From Cycas panzhihuaensis (Eukaryota; Plantae; Cycadophyta): 64,000 nt of DNA. A model generated the notes under the pieces. That model worked only from the letters and a program-made list of their open reading frames with translations, did no database searches and was not told where the DNA came from. The stretch spans positions 202,561,741 to 202,625,740 of the forward strand of contig CM041465.1 of assembly GCA_023213395.1 (NCBI GenBank), read 5' to 3'. Every line of letters starts with the position of its first letter. Position 1 is the first letter of the stretch. The position numbers and the translations under genes were made by a program. Of this stretch, positions 1 through 12,870 are shown in pieces.

Positions 1-149
1 CTTTAATGATTAAGAGAACTGAAGATATGAGTGATGTAATTTTGAAGAGAGATTTTATAAAATAGATTACATACACACAAATGAAATCTTTACTTACCCT
101 TTCTAACTGTGTCTCATTTCAATCATCCCTAAAATGGTTTACGTTGTCA
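1..149. repeat. Direct-repeat copy of 4263-4412; probable 3' end of a decayed LTR (runs off window start)
   Basis: CTTTAATGATTAAGAGAACTGAAGATATGAGTGATGTAATTTTGAA... aligns colinearly with 4263-4412. Both copies end in ...TCA. Confidence 0.65.
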
Positions 150-1041
150 AATAAAATAAATGAAAAATATGGGTAAAATTAAAGTTGTGGGCTCTTTGTT
201 TTTCCTTTTTCTTTACATGCAAACCTCTAGTAAAGATTTCATCTACAAAAAACTAATATACGAAAAAGTGACCTTGCTGAGATGTGAGCTTGCAGGCAAT
301 TTTTTTTATTTTAAATCCAGTGATGTAAGATTCAAGAATCTGCTACTAAGGATTTTTTAAACAATTGTAGTAGACCCAAAAACAAAATTCAGATAGCTAG
401 TTTTTTTTACATATTTTTGACTCAAGAATTATCTATTATGTAGGACCTCCTATAAACAACTCATCGTTAATAACAACGACCCAATATCTTAGGGCTTTAA
501 CTATGATAAGTTAACCCATAACCATGCTATCCATGTTTGAGGTGTTCGTGAAAAGTAACTTCCTAATGTTAATTAGGCAATCCACTATAAGGTTATAAGC
601 AATCAATTATTTATCTATTTTATTTCATGGAAAAAACACTTATAAGGATCCTCATATATACCCAAGGGTACATAGAGGCTTAATTTCGCATACAAGCACT
701 ATCCAAAACTTGAGTACTAGTTGATAAACCACCTCCCTTCATGTGATGGCTTATTCCCCAACATGTTTGGCTAGCAACAACCACCTTTTGTGGATATTTT
801 AAAACTCTTGAAGTCGGGTTTTTACCTAGATCTTTACTTGTAGAAGGGTCACAGGATAGTGTAAAAGAAAAAAAAAATTACAAAACAAAAGCAAGATAGT
901 AGAAAATGGCGTAAAAGTAGAGGATTACAAATATCACCAAGGAGAAAAAAATCCCACAAAATTTCTTCTTATTTCGCCTTGTTGTGTCTCCATGATCACT
1001 TATATCACACCTTACTATTGTGAAAGACACCTTTGAGCTAA

Positions 1042-1560
1042 GCTTTGATACCACTTAGGATGTACTTGTCCTAACAATCATCACAAATATATGAAGAAAA
1101 GATCTCAAAGGACACAATGAACAAAATATAAATATAAAAATCAAACTTTCTTACTCAAGAGACCTGGATACAGAATAAGAGCACTAAAGATAACCAACAT
1201 AATATTACAGTACACCAAATGCACTATCTAAAATATACAATAATTCCTATTTTACTTCTACAAAGCCTTATATAGACAAAAGTGACCTTTCTATATGAAT
1301 ATTATTGGCAAGTCTAAGTGACCCACACACATTAAGCACAAGCGCTATCTGTTATGTCATACGGGCATATGTACTAACAGTTAGGTCCCACAATTAGGAT
1401 TTATTTCATGAGGCTTTATGTAAACAAGAGCGACCTCCCTATATGAATACTACTAGCAACAGTATGTGACACACACATGTTAAGCGCTAGCACTAACTGT
1501 TATGTTATATGGTCACATGTACTAATCATTAGGTTCCACAATTTGGATAGCCATGTCACA
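1042..1560 (-). mobile_element. LTR remnant with tRNA-Met primer-binding site (minus strand)
   Basis: GCTTTGATACCA at 1042-1053 is the reverse complement of PBS TGGTATCAAAGC. The adjacent ~500 bp ends in ...TCACA and contains a 148-bp tandem duplication (1264-1550). Confidence 0.55.
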
Positions 1561-3633
1561 AATAATAGATAAGAAAAACAATAGAGCAATTATAGTAAAA
1601 GATCATAAGACTAATGATTACTTATTCAAACTTGTAATTTCTAAAAACAAGAGATAACAAGTTTTGAAAGCATGGTTGAGAATAGCAACAAACTTTGTCA
1701 TTTGCGATTTGGACCTTTTTCATTAAATTAAAAAAGAAAAACTTAGTCATTGCACTTTCGTTCATCATAAGCAGTACTAAAGTTTGTGAAAGATGTATGT
1801 TTGATAGGCATCATAGAGATGTATTTCTACCAAATAAATGGAGAGCAAAAGTACCGCTTCAAGTAGTCCATATTGATCTATACAAGCCGATGTAAGTCCT
1901 CTCATTTGAGAAAGCTAAGTATTTTAGGACTTTCACTAACGATTATTTAAGAATAATTGGGTATATTTTATAAAAGACATGTCTAAAACTTCTGAAAGAT
2001 TTATTAACTTCAAAATGTTAATTGAAAATCAAAGTGGTAAAGAGATTTTAGCACTAAAATCAAACAATGGAGGTGAATTCACATCAATTGAATTCTAAAA
2101 TTTTTGTTATAAACATGGTATAAGAAGACAATTTTTAAAATTTTATTCCCCTCAACAAAATGATATTATTGAATATAAAAATAGAATAATACTAGATATG
2201 GAAAGGTCCATGTTCAAAACAAAAAATTAAGTAATGAATTCTAGGCAAAAGTTGTCTATATAATAGCACATCTCTTAAATAGATGTTTTATAAGGAATGT
2301 AATTGAAAAAACAATAAAAGAAGCTTGGTCTAAATACAAACCAAGAATCAAACACTCGAGAGTGTTTGGATTTCCAACATCTACTCATGTACATGATGCA
2401 ACAAAATCCAAACTTAATGATAAAAGTATTAAATGCATTTTTGTTGGTTATTCAAATAGTGCAAAGGCTTTTAAGTTGTATGACCCCCAAATGCAAAGGA
2501 TCTTCATTAGCAGGGATGTAGTCTTCGATAAACATGAAGTATAAAACACGATCTACTTGAAAGGGAAAAAAAATATAGTTTAGACTCAAGAAAGAGGTAA
2601 TCAAGTGGTTCAACAAAAACTAAATAAGATAAGTTCATATGAACTTGGTGAGAGTTCTAGTTAGACCCAAAAATTGGTGTCAAAATCGTTCCAAAGAAGC
2701 CATACTCAAGATATGATTTTAAACTCTACTTTGATAAATGAATAACAAGATCTTAGAGATAAAGAGAATTTTCCCTTAGTGACTCAAGTTACAAAAATTG
2801 ATGAGCCTAGTTTTGATGAGATTGTGTTCAATGAAGATTGAAAAAGAGCAATAAATGTTGAATTTGATACTTTAGCCAAGAATAACACATGGGAGTTAAT
2901 GGATTTACTATTAAATAAAGAGGTAATTGGAACCAAGTAGGTCTAAAAACTAAGTATAAAGTTAATGGTTTAATTAATAAATTTAAGGTTCAACAAGTCG
3001 CAAAAGGTTATGCATAATAAGAGGATGTCAATTATGCACAAACTTTTGCTCCAAACACAAGAATAGATACAATAAGAATCATATTAGGTATAACAACAAA
3101 ATATTTTTAAGACTATATTTCATATCGCTGTGACTATATTTTAGATAAATGTATAAAATGTCTTCCTCAATTAATATATAAATGAAAAAAGTCTATATAA
3201 AGCAACCTAAAGCTTTTAAGGTTGAGGGAAAAGATAAACAGGTGTACTGGTTGAAAAAAGCATTACACAAACTAAAACGAACACCCAAAACCTAGTACTC
3301 AAGAATTCACACATTTTTAGAGAAAGGGTTTTTACAAAAGTTCATCAATTGTATATCTATATGTCAACGTTTAGATATTCAACTTCATTTTATTATAAAA
3401 TTTATATAACATGAAAAACTTGAATTAGTCTATCACAATGCTAAAGACTAAGTCACAAATATTTTTACAAAAGCATTATCAAAGACTAAATTTTATAAGT
3501 TTATAGATAGGTATAACCTCAAATGGTTATTATAGAGGAGAATTGTTAAGTTGCTACCTCTTTATATTAATGTTATATTAAGGTTTTATTAGTGTTATGA
3601 GTAGATAGGCAAGTATCTACTTGTAGTTACGTA

Positions 3634-3672
<39 letters not shown>

Positions 3673-3769
3673 TTTTCATGGATAATGAAGGATATAGTGT
3701 TGGTTTACAACATTCTATCTATATAATAGTTATCTCCATATTTTACTCCCAAATTCACTCCTATCAACA
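1561..3769 (+). mobile_element. Degenerate Ty1/copia 3' half: integrase, RT, RNase H end, PPT and 3' LTR
   Basis: Integrase motifs CERCMFDRHHR..PLQVVHIDL and KCIFVGYS..KAFKLYDP..ISRDVVFD. RT motifs KNNTWEL and VAKGY..YAQTFAP; RH end IFTKALSK. PPT AGAGGAGAA, then LTR TGTT...AACA at 3544-3769. Many stops and frameshifts. Confidence 0.9.
3635..3670. repeat. (TG)18 microsatellite inside copia LTR
   Basis: Direct count. Confidence 0.95.
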
Positions 3770-4598
3770 TCATGTGAGAACTTCATTATATTAAGAGGGT
3801 GTTTATGGGTATTTAATCATATGAAGGATTATAAATATGTGAGGTTTGATTGTAGGGGGATTCTATGGGCCTTTGAAATTGGTTCTAGTAGTATGGATTT
3901 GGGGTCAAATAGAGTACTATGGAAATTTGATGTTTCTTGAAGTAACCGAGATCAATGGTCTCATACTTGGGAATGCTCTGCAAAAGTTAGAGAAAGATGA
4001 GCACTTCTCAACATATTGTAAAGAGGAAAAAGGAAGAATTATTCATTTAATTCTTATATCCTTGTAGGATTAAATCATACCAACACTCAAAGGGGATCAT
4101 GAAGGAAAAGTCATCAAAAAAGGATCCTATGGATTACAAAAATGTGTTGTGGCAATATTTTTTATTTTTCTCAAAATACACCCTTATTTTACAATCAATA
4201 AATTTAAGCTATGAGAATAGATTACCAATTATGTGCTTTGTAAATTGGATTATAAGACGGAACTTTAATGACTAAAAAAACTAAAGATATGAGTGATGTA
4301 ATTTTGAAAAGAGATGTTATAAAATGTAGTACAAACACACAAATAAAATCCTTACTTCACCCCTTCTAACCTTGTCTCATTTTCATCATTTTTAAAAAGG
4401 TTCACTTTATCAAATGGAAGAGTTGGGAAGAACTATATTTTGAGAAGATTAGGTGGCTTTTCTTTCAACTTTCTAGGCTCTTCTACCAAAATTGATAATG
4501 TTGTTATAGTCTTGGTGGGTGCAATCTTGTTAAAAGACCATTTCTTAATCAAGCTAAATATTAATTTAAGTCTAGTTTGAATCTTTACCTTAGGTTCC

Positions 4599-5846
4599 AT
4601 GCTTCACTTCTAGAGTTTAGGGCTAAAAAATAAATGTATTAAATAAGGTTAGAATCTCTAACCTACGCCACCGAAAAAAATTTATTGGCCTATTTGGTAA
4701 GAAGAAACAATGCTTTGTTTCTAGAGTTAGGACTAAAAAATAAAGACATTAAATAAGACTAGAATCTCTAACCAAGCCCACCAAAAAAGGGTTATTGGAG
4801 TATTTGGTGACAAAGAACAATATCAAGAGTTGTCTATTTTTGAAGAGATTTTAAAAAAAGTAAAAAATAACAAAGAAATTACTCTCTTATCTAAATTAAA
4901 GAGTTAAATTAATCTTGAACCCAAAGACATCATGCATAATAACCCTATATGGTGTTGCCTCCGTAAAAAATAACATACCCAAAGGCATCATGCATAATAA
5001 CCCTATATGGTGTTGCCTACGTAAAAAATAACATAAAGTCCTTTATAATTAAAACAAGAGGGTCCCAAGCAAAATCATACTACATTGGATCAAAAATGGA
5101 GTTTTAAAATCTAAATTATTATGCCAAAGACTTGTGGTTGAACAAAGTTATAAATCAATTCCTAAGTTTATAAGCATGGATAGAGTTTTGGTTGAGCAAA
5201 GTTATAAATCAATTCCCAAATTTATAAGCATAGATGGTATAGATGGTGTAAGGATCCTAACTATTAAAAAAAATTGACATTTTATTAAAATTTATTTTTA
5301 CTATTTATTATTTTAAAAAATTTTATATAAAAAATTAATATTTTATTATTAATATTATTATTTTTAAAAATAAAAATAAATATAATTAAATTAAAAGATC
5401 AAATACAATACAAATGAACAAAATATTTTAATATTAATATTATTATTACAATTAATTTTTAATAGAAAACTGTATTAACACTTATAAAAGCAACTCCTAA
5501 TTCATTATTTAAATTTATTTTTTAATTAATATTAATTTTTATTTAACCCCTAATTTATTATATAAATTTATTTTAAATTTAACTTTAAATTTTTTTTAAC
5601 ACCATATGTCCAAGGCAATTTTACCTATTGAATTATTTTCTTTCTTTTTGACAAAATAAATCTAACTCAAGATCACTTCAAATGGTATCAAAGTCCATCC
5701 CTAAATTTGAAGCCCTCTTACCTCCATCCCTAAATTTGAAGCCCTCTTACCTATTCAATTATTTTTCTTTCTTTTTGACAAAATAAATCTAACTCATGAT
5801 CACTTCAAGTGGTATCAAAATCCATCCCTAAATTTGAAACCCTCTA
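4599..5846. repeat. Cluster of short tandem duplications (periods ~111, 58, 54, 126/29 bp) around a very AT-rich tract
   Basis: Two-copy direct repeats at 4599-4822, 4920-5036, 5135-5235 and 5621-5846. Confidence 0.85.
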
Positions 5847-5849
5847 AAG

Positions 5850-6845
5850 GTAACATCATTTATGAAAATGACAAAACAATGTGCACGAATGTCATTGATG
5901 CCCATAAACATTACTATAGCCAAAACCTTTTGCATTGCTCAAACGTAAATGAAAACACAATTAAAGAGAACTATCTTGTTCAGCTGATAACTGAGATCAT
6001 GGTTTACTTGGTAAGGAGTTCTTTCTACTAAGACCTCAAGGTTTGGATGTGATAATTCATTACAAATGACATAATAATAAACATTGTTAATGAGATAAAA
6101 CAAGTCTTATTTGAACATTTACCATGAAACTTTTTAGTGTTGTTGCTTTCTAATGAGACTAGGCAAGTCTTAATTGAATCTTTTAACATTTTGTTTTCAC
6201 ATCTAATGACAGACAATATAAGTCAAGCTTTTTTAAAAAACTATCCAAGATAGATGTCCTCTCCTCAAAGTCTCCTTGAAGAGTGACCTCTTTTCAAAGG
6301 AACCTTACATTTTAATGTGAAAAACATAGTAGAAGATGATCTAACCATGTACATTCATAAGCATTGAGAGGGCATAATAGATGACCACTCTACATTCAAA
6401 AGCATTAAATTTATATATGCTTTAGAAGAGCATTAATAAAGAACTATGCAAACTTGTCCCTTGCAATTCTTGCAAAGAGAACAAAATAAAATTGAAAACC
6501 CTTCACCTTTCTAAACATTGTGCCTAAAATCATTTTCAAATTCTTGGCTAAAATAATAACTCCTTGGGCAGCTTACATTATAACACTAGGGTAAAATGAC
6601 TTTATAGAGTTTAGTGAAGGAAAAGCCAATTTCACATGCAATCAACTTGATGATGCGTATTGTTAAATGGATTAATAGATTGGAGATTTATTTTAGATAT
6701 ACCCAAAGATGTTGGTTTATTTCACAGCTTTACCAAAATGCCTTATAGCCAACATAATTGCATATGAAGTCCTACCTAGCACATTAGATCTATTCAACAA
6801 GGTTATCCTTGTCCTCTATTTCTATATATTGGAGACATGCCTTTT
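5850..6845 (+). mobile_element. Degenerate L1-type LINE ORF2 reverse-transcriptase fragment
   Basis: Motifs occur in the correct order across frameshifts: SINKELCKLVP, N*KPFTFLN (NWRPITLLN), KIIFKFLAK, IDWRFIL, RSIQQGYPCPLFLYI (RSIRQGCPLSP). Left boundary uncertain. Confidence 0.65.
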
Positions 6846-7894
6846 AAGGCCAGCTCTCATCGATTACCTGAGCCGATCTGCAATAAATTTCCACACGGTC
6901 AAAGCACAGTTCGCAGACACCACCGATAAAAATAAAAATAGTAGGACAGCCGACGGTTTCTACCATCCTTCTGACGTGAAAATCGTCCTTTTAAGGCGGT
7001 ACAATGTAGTAATGCTTCGTCACTGCCAGAAACAACTGGCCGAGAAGGGTTCGCCCGAACCATTCAAAAATAAATGAAGATGACGAAAGCTCGCACATGA
7101 CATCTCCTCTATCGAAGGACACCTGATAATCCTGGAAGCGTAAAACTTTAATGAATAAATTAACAAGTGATCCGCACTGTCCTCCCTCTCTCGTCGACTG
7201 CACTTCGATCCATCGGCTCCCAAGATCGTACCCTAAATATTTGATAAAATAATTTTTATCCTGTACACTATGGCGGATACGTATTTCGAGAGGGAGAAAG
7301 CAGCGGAAAAATTGGCATCCACACGCGACAAATACATATTAATGGAATTTCAGAGTATATAATGAATCATCTGCAAAATGTTTATCGGAAAGCTGGGGAA
7401 TTAAAAAAGATTAACCGACACAATAGTTCTTTCCATCGAATGGTTTCAATATTTGTCATTCAAAATATTGATGACTCTCGATTGGCTAGACTGACACCGT
7501 TACTCTTGAATTTGTTTTCCTTATTTCAGACGGCTGTCATTTGAATAAAATATAATCAAATGAAATGAGGGGGAAAAAAACCAGAGATCGTCTTTTCGTT
7601 GCAAATAATAACTGCATTAACAAAAGAAAGTAGAAAAAAATACAGAATCGCTTGGCTGTCCCGTGGTTTGGAGGAAAAGAGAAAACTATTTTAATCGGAA
7701 AAACACACGACATTAAGAAACGTTATTTTTAATTAAGATCTACGGTTAAAATAGGAGAAAGCAGTACGTCATAAATGTAAAGAGATTTATTCGCTACATA
7801 CACAGAAGACAAGAATCCAAGGCGCTGTAAGAAACGACTTAAGTAGGTTACTCGGGAAACGGCTTTCAGAAAGATCATTCACGCCTCAAATGCG

Positions 7895-9460
7895 TTAAGT
7901 TTTAAAGATATCGGGCACCACGACCGGGAACTGGTGGATGCAGTCGGACCAGGGAGATGAATCATTAGAAGGGGTTTTAATGGTACGAAGGGCCTTCCAA
8001 ACAGCGCTGTTGCACTTGAATCCACTCCCGAATGCAATCTGCCACACCCGATCTCCCTTACGCATCCGCCCCTTGGCTTCTATGTACGCCAGCTCGTACC
8101 ACAACGACGAGGATGACGTGTTCCCGAATCTGTACAGTGTCATGCGAGATGCCTCCACGTGTTCCTGATTAAGCTTCAAGCTCTTCTCCAGCTCACCGAT
8201 CACGGCTCTCCCTCCCGCGTGTATGCAGAAATGTTCAAACGCACGCTTGAAGTTTGGAATGTAAGGCTTGGAATTCGGATTTAGCAGTTTTCTGCCGATC
8301 ACCGAGAAACCGTAGAGAAGTTGCTCAGAAATGGGGAGGACAAGAGGACCTAGCGAAGTTATATTCGATTTCAGGGTTTCCCCGGCAATTCTCATGAGAT
8401 CCTTCGAGAGTGAAATTCCGACAATTCCTTCGGAGTCCTCCTCCTGGTGGACACAGTTGTAGGCCTTGTCGTCGGAACCCTTATGAGTCCTTACCAAGTG
8501 AATGAGCCTATATTTTGCGCGCCTTTTCTCCCTACTCTTGTTGGACAACAATATTGCAGCTCCCCCCATTCTGAACAGACAGTTAGTGACCAGCATGGAC
8601 CTCTTGTTTCCATAGTAAGTGCTGGGAGTGATGATCTCGGTGCTCAGAACGAGAGCATAGGAATTCCTACGGGCTTGCAGAAGATCCCGCGCGAGGTTGA
8701 TGGATATAAGCCCCGCGCTGCATCCCATCCCCGATAAATTGAAACTTCTAACATTGCTGCGCATATTATACTTGTTAATAACCATGGACGACAGAGAAGG
8801 CGCGGGGCCGAACAAGCTGCTATTCACAACAACAATGTCGATATCCTCCGGACCTAACCCTACTTTGGCAAAGAGATCCTCGACGGCCGAAAAAAGTACC
8901 GTCTCTGCTTCTTCGCGGCTAAATTCTATGCCGCGCCTGGGAGGCATATAATGGATGGCTTGAGGAAAGCACGTCTGCTCGCCTAAGCCAGACCTTTGCA
9001 GGATTCGAGCCTGGAACTCTATGCTTTTCTCGTCGAAAAAGCCACAGATCTTGGCGTGCTCCATAAAGTTAGAGAACGGGACCCTCCAACACTGCGGGGG
9101 GCGATAACACGAATAATCTACCAGATAAACCGGACTTGGTCTGAACACGAAATAAAGGGCCAATATAACTACCAACACTCCAGACCACACCATAACTTGG
9201 GCTACATTAACCCCAAGGCATTCCGGAAGGAGCATCGTAATGTCGTTTTGGTGCCGAACGCATACAATCACCTCGGCCACTGCCAATATGACCGGAATCA
9301 GTCGAAACGACAGAAACCAGTCCTTCCAAACCTCCTCATAGCCATCCATTATACACTTCAAAATGATGTGTTGGACAATATCCGCGGGCAGGCCACCAGA
9401 TCGTCGGTGTTCGTCGTCCTGCAAACACGGCCGATGTGAATCAATTGACACGCATTCCAT
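7895..9460 (-). CDS. KCS: 3-ketoacyl-CoA synthase (VLCFA elongase condensing enzyme), CER6/CUT1 (KCS5/6)-like, intronless, 521 aa
   Basis: Two N-terminal hydrophobic segments, PVYLVDYSCY, catalytic Cys in NLSGMGCSAG, His in HFCIHAGGRAV, Asn in RFGNTSSSSLWYEL. C-terminus GDRVWQIAFGSGFKCNSAVWK..RTIKTP..PWSDCI is typical of the CER6 clade. Uninterrupted ORF. Confidence 0.97.
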   Translation of the reverse strand: MECVSIDSHRPCLQDDEHRRSGGLPADIVQHIILKCIMDGYEEVWKDWFLSFRLIPVILAVAEVIVCVRHQNDITMLLPECLGVNVAQVMVWSGVLVVILALYFVFRPSPVYLVDYSCYRPPQCWRVPFSNFMEHAKICGFFDEKSIEFQARILQRSGLGEQTCFPQAIHYMPPRRGIEFSREEAETVLFSAVEDLFAKVGLGPEDIDIVVVNSSLFGPAPSLSSMVINKYNMRSNVRSFNLSGMGCSAGLISINLARDLLQARRNSYALVLSTEIITPSTYYGNKRSMLVTNCLFRMGGAAILLSNKSREKRRAKYRLIHLVRTHKGSDDKAYNCVHQEEDSEGIVGISLSKDLMRIAGETLKSNITSLGPLVLPISEQLLYGFSVIGRKLLNPNSKPYIPNFKRAFEHFCIHAGGRAVIGELEKSLKLNQEHVEASRMTLYRFGNTSSSSLWYELAYIEAKGRMRKGDRVWQIAFGSGFKCNSAVWKALRTIKTPSNDSSPWSDCIHQFPVVVPDIFKT

Positions 9461-10640
9461 GGCGGCTACCTCTCCCCTGCCCGTCCGCTTCTCCCCAACA
9501 ACCTCTGGTTATCAGCTGACGCTGAACTTGTACACCGCCAAACCCCAAACGCCTATCGGTATTAAATTAGGCATTTCCTTTGATAATAATACCACAAAAT
9601 TCCAACGCGCTTTCATTAATTTCTGTACTTTCGTTCCACGTCATAACCTTAAAGAGCAGCACCTAACGCCACTTCCCTCGCAACTCCGATCTCGTGGAGA
9701 GGTGGGGTTAACGTCTATTAAATATCGTTACGGAGAACCCTGCAACTCCTTAAGACTTTACACCCGCTCCACGGTCTCTACTTATTTTTAAAGATTATTA
9801 CTACCATCATTATTTCGGAACATCGATGTAGTGGATTGATCTGCATATTCAGAGGCTTTGTCAGGTTTTGTGAGCGAGCTGCATGATTTCTTATATCTGA
9901 ATCGATTTTCAACCCCTGAAAGAACCTGGACAGCCTTCGACGACTTTTGCCTGCCAATAAATGCTGAAGCGTTGACAGAGTTTGATATTTTGTTGAGAGC
10001 ATTAAAATTTATATGCTACTGAAGTGGCATTGACATATAATGAGCAGCAGACCTAGTGGTTGAAACAGTCCCTGTATAGGTTGTGATCCCATGCGGGGGG
10101 CTGGCTGCTGGAAAACCTGGAGCGGGGCCGCTTTAGATTTTACGGGGCCAAGCGGGGAAATGGGGTCCCATGGATTCACCAACTTTTTCCGTTGCCCTTT
10201 TCAAGTGTCACTTCCCGCCGTGCCATAGCTCTCTTCCACACGAGTATTTTTTTCAGTATACTAAATTTGTGCATCAGTATTCTGTTCCATATACATAATT
10301 AAATACATAACTAATCAAATGATATTATAATAGAGTCGTATAATTGAGTACGCATTTGCTTAATTCAACGACGTAATTTTTGCGTCGCTGAAAATTGGAG
10401 AAGTTGAACAGGTCCGCTTCGGAAATCCCGGAGAAATTCACTCTTCTCATGAGAGCGGGTGCCCATTCAGTGCATAGAACCGCCTAAGCCGCTGGTTAAG
10501 CGGTCCAACCTCCCTGCATGGGACTGCGCTCTTACTTATTCATACATTCTAGGAAGCCGAATTTGAACATTTTGTGTTTGTTGATCTTAATTTGAATATG
10601 ATACATGAGACATGTAAAAGGAACACAAAATAGCTCATAT
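9461..10640 (-). promoter_or_regulatory. KCS 5'UTR/promoter, CpG-retaining island
   Basis: Immediately upstream of the ATG and CpG-rich relative to flanking TE DNA. Contains CCACGTCA (ACGT-core bZIP site, 9636-9643) and motifs conserved in the paralogous copy at 27.5-28.2 kb. Confidence 0.7.
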
Positions 10641-11450
10641 TTAGTTACTTGTCGTCAAACATTAATTAAGGTAAAATCTTCTGAATTTTTATAGAATGTG
10701 CTGTTTATTAATTGTCAGAGGCCGATTAATGGGAGTAATGTCGTGTTTAGCTGTGTTGTGTTATTTCTCGTGGGATGTGGTTGGTATGAATATCATTTTA
10801 TTTGAAGTTCTCGCTTCAATTGAAAGCGCTGGTTTTGCCTTAGCTCACGTAAGTCTTCTTTTTTTTTATTTCTATGAACCAATTGATTCTCCTTTGCTAC
10901 TATCACCACTAGAAACTTTTGTGTTAAGGGAAGTTATTATGTTACTTTCTACCTACTCTCTTGATGGAACATTTCTCAATTAAATGTCTCAAAGCACCAA
11001 AGTCACATTGGTGGACAACTACTACCTCTAAGCATGGCATGAGAATTGAACCAAAGCCCTAAGAAGTAAACTAGCCATGATGAAACCTCTAATTTATGTC
11101 TTAAAATGAATGTCATAATTGTATGATTCTTAGTTTTTCAAAGATGACAATGAAGATTGATGTTTTTATCTTCGATCTTAGTTTAGTTAAATATTATAAT
11201 TGGACTATTCTTATTTTTTAAAGGAGTAGATCAACATGTTAATTTCCTCTAGTTTTAAGGTTATGTTGCAATTTACAAAAGGTTGTTTAAGGCCATTTTA
11301 CACCATCCCCCTTATGTTGCAATAAATCTCAATGTTATACTTATCTAAGCCTTGAAATGGACACAATTCAAGTGAACATATTATTATTATATGCAAAAGA
11401 TCTTAGGTGGTGTATCTCTCTTGTTGGAATATGAATTTCACAATTGTCAA

Positions 11451-12870
11451 TGTAATATTTGATCAGTGGTCTAATAGTGATTGGTTAATATGAAAGATTA
11501 TCATACACATGATCAGATTAGTTGATGTAAAAGTAAAATGTGATTGGATATTGATGATATTACACATTGTATAAGGGTAATGCATGTTGTAAAGAAAATT
11601 ACATCACCTAGTCCTCCTTGTAAGGATATGATAACTCACCACATGGTTCATTGATTATTATTTCCAATATAATATCTCGTAAACATTTAGAGGTATTTTT
11701 TTCTATTCATGAATTTTCTATGTTAAACATAGTGTACATATAATATTTGTATACTCGACTCTTTGCTCTTATTATTATTCATTTATTGTACTTATTATAT
11801 ATTTGAATGATCATGCGATTATATTATATCATGCTTGATTATACACTTCTACATAAGTCATTTCATAAAATTTAATATGGTATTAGAGCTGAGATATAGA
11901 GTAAATGAAGAGATCTTTAAGCATAGATAAAGATCTTAGTGAGACAACAAATGAGAGCTACACAACAAAAGTAAGAACTGGGTTTATATAATAGATGTTG
12001 ATGACTACATACACATGGTGACAATTTTCGCCATCTAAGGATGTTCAATGTATGTGTTATAAAAACTAGTATTGAGTTAGTATGAGTTAATCATAAGGGC
12101 TAGTATGAGTCAGTTTAAGTATTGTTTGAAGAGCCAAAAACTAGTGTATGATAACAAGATGTGACTGCATATTGTAGTATATTGATGATAATTGAGCTTC
12201 ATAAACAATTATGAAAATATAATTTGTTAATTTTATGTAGATGTTATTGTGCATGTTGCTTGCATACACTCAAGATATGCATGGGTTTTGAAGAGACCAC
12301 ACAAAGACAATGAGGAAGCAGGTTGTTGTTCCCTTTTCATTCTTTAGCACATGCCTGTAAATTGGATGAAAATGTAGTAAATATACAATGATGTATGACA
12401 TACATCTCGCCACATATTATGGAATACGATTATCAAGGTTGTTGCAAGCATCTCAATGGAGATTTGCTACCATATTACACCATGATTCTTCATGTTTGAG
12501 TGACATATTCACCATTGAATTTGAGTAGGAAAAAATAGAGTTTTGTAAAGATTTTGAAGCATTTGAGATAGGTATGAGCAAAAAACTTATTTGAAAGTTG
12601 TTATGTAGATATGAAGCCAATTATGTTTGCATACCATATGAGAAACTAAAAAAATGGCAAGATTTTGAGGCAATTATTATTTTATTTATTACACACGATT
12701 TTTGCATTAAAAAAGTTATATTGTGGTATATATGAGGGTTTTGTCATTGTTACATTGTTGACTAATAATGTTGTTAAAGTTGAATGCTATATGAGAATGA
12801 GAGAGTTTGATATTTTCTATGGTCATCATAATCAACTATGAATAACTTCTTAATTGAGCAAAGTGAATGC
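11451..12870 (+). mobile_element. Highly decayed copia-like LTR element remnant
   Basis: TG-initiated LTR-like segment followed by PBS-like TGGTATTAGAGC (11878-11889). Weak RT/RH traces (SRY..PHK..EA, YYGI). Confidence 0.5.

Noticed and set aside
5682-5693. PBS-like TGGTATCAAAG
   Set aside because: Lies inside a tandem duplication with no identifiable adjacent LTR.
7938-9791. Plus-strand ORFs overlapping KCS (76-147 aa)
   Set aside because: Antisense shadows of the GC-rich KCS CDS; no recognisable protein features.
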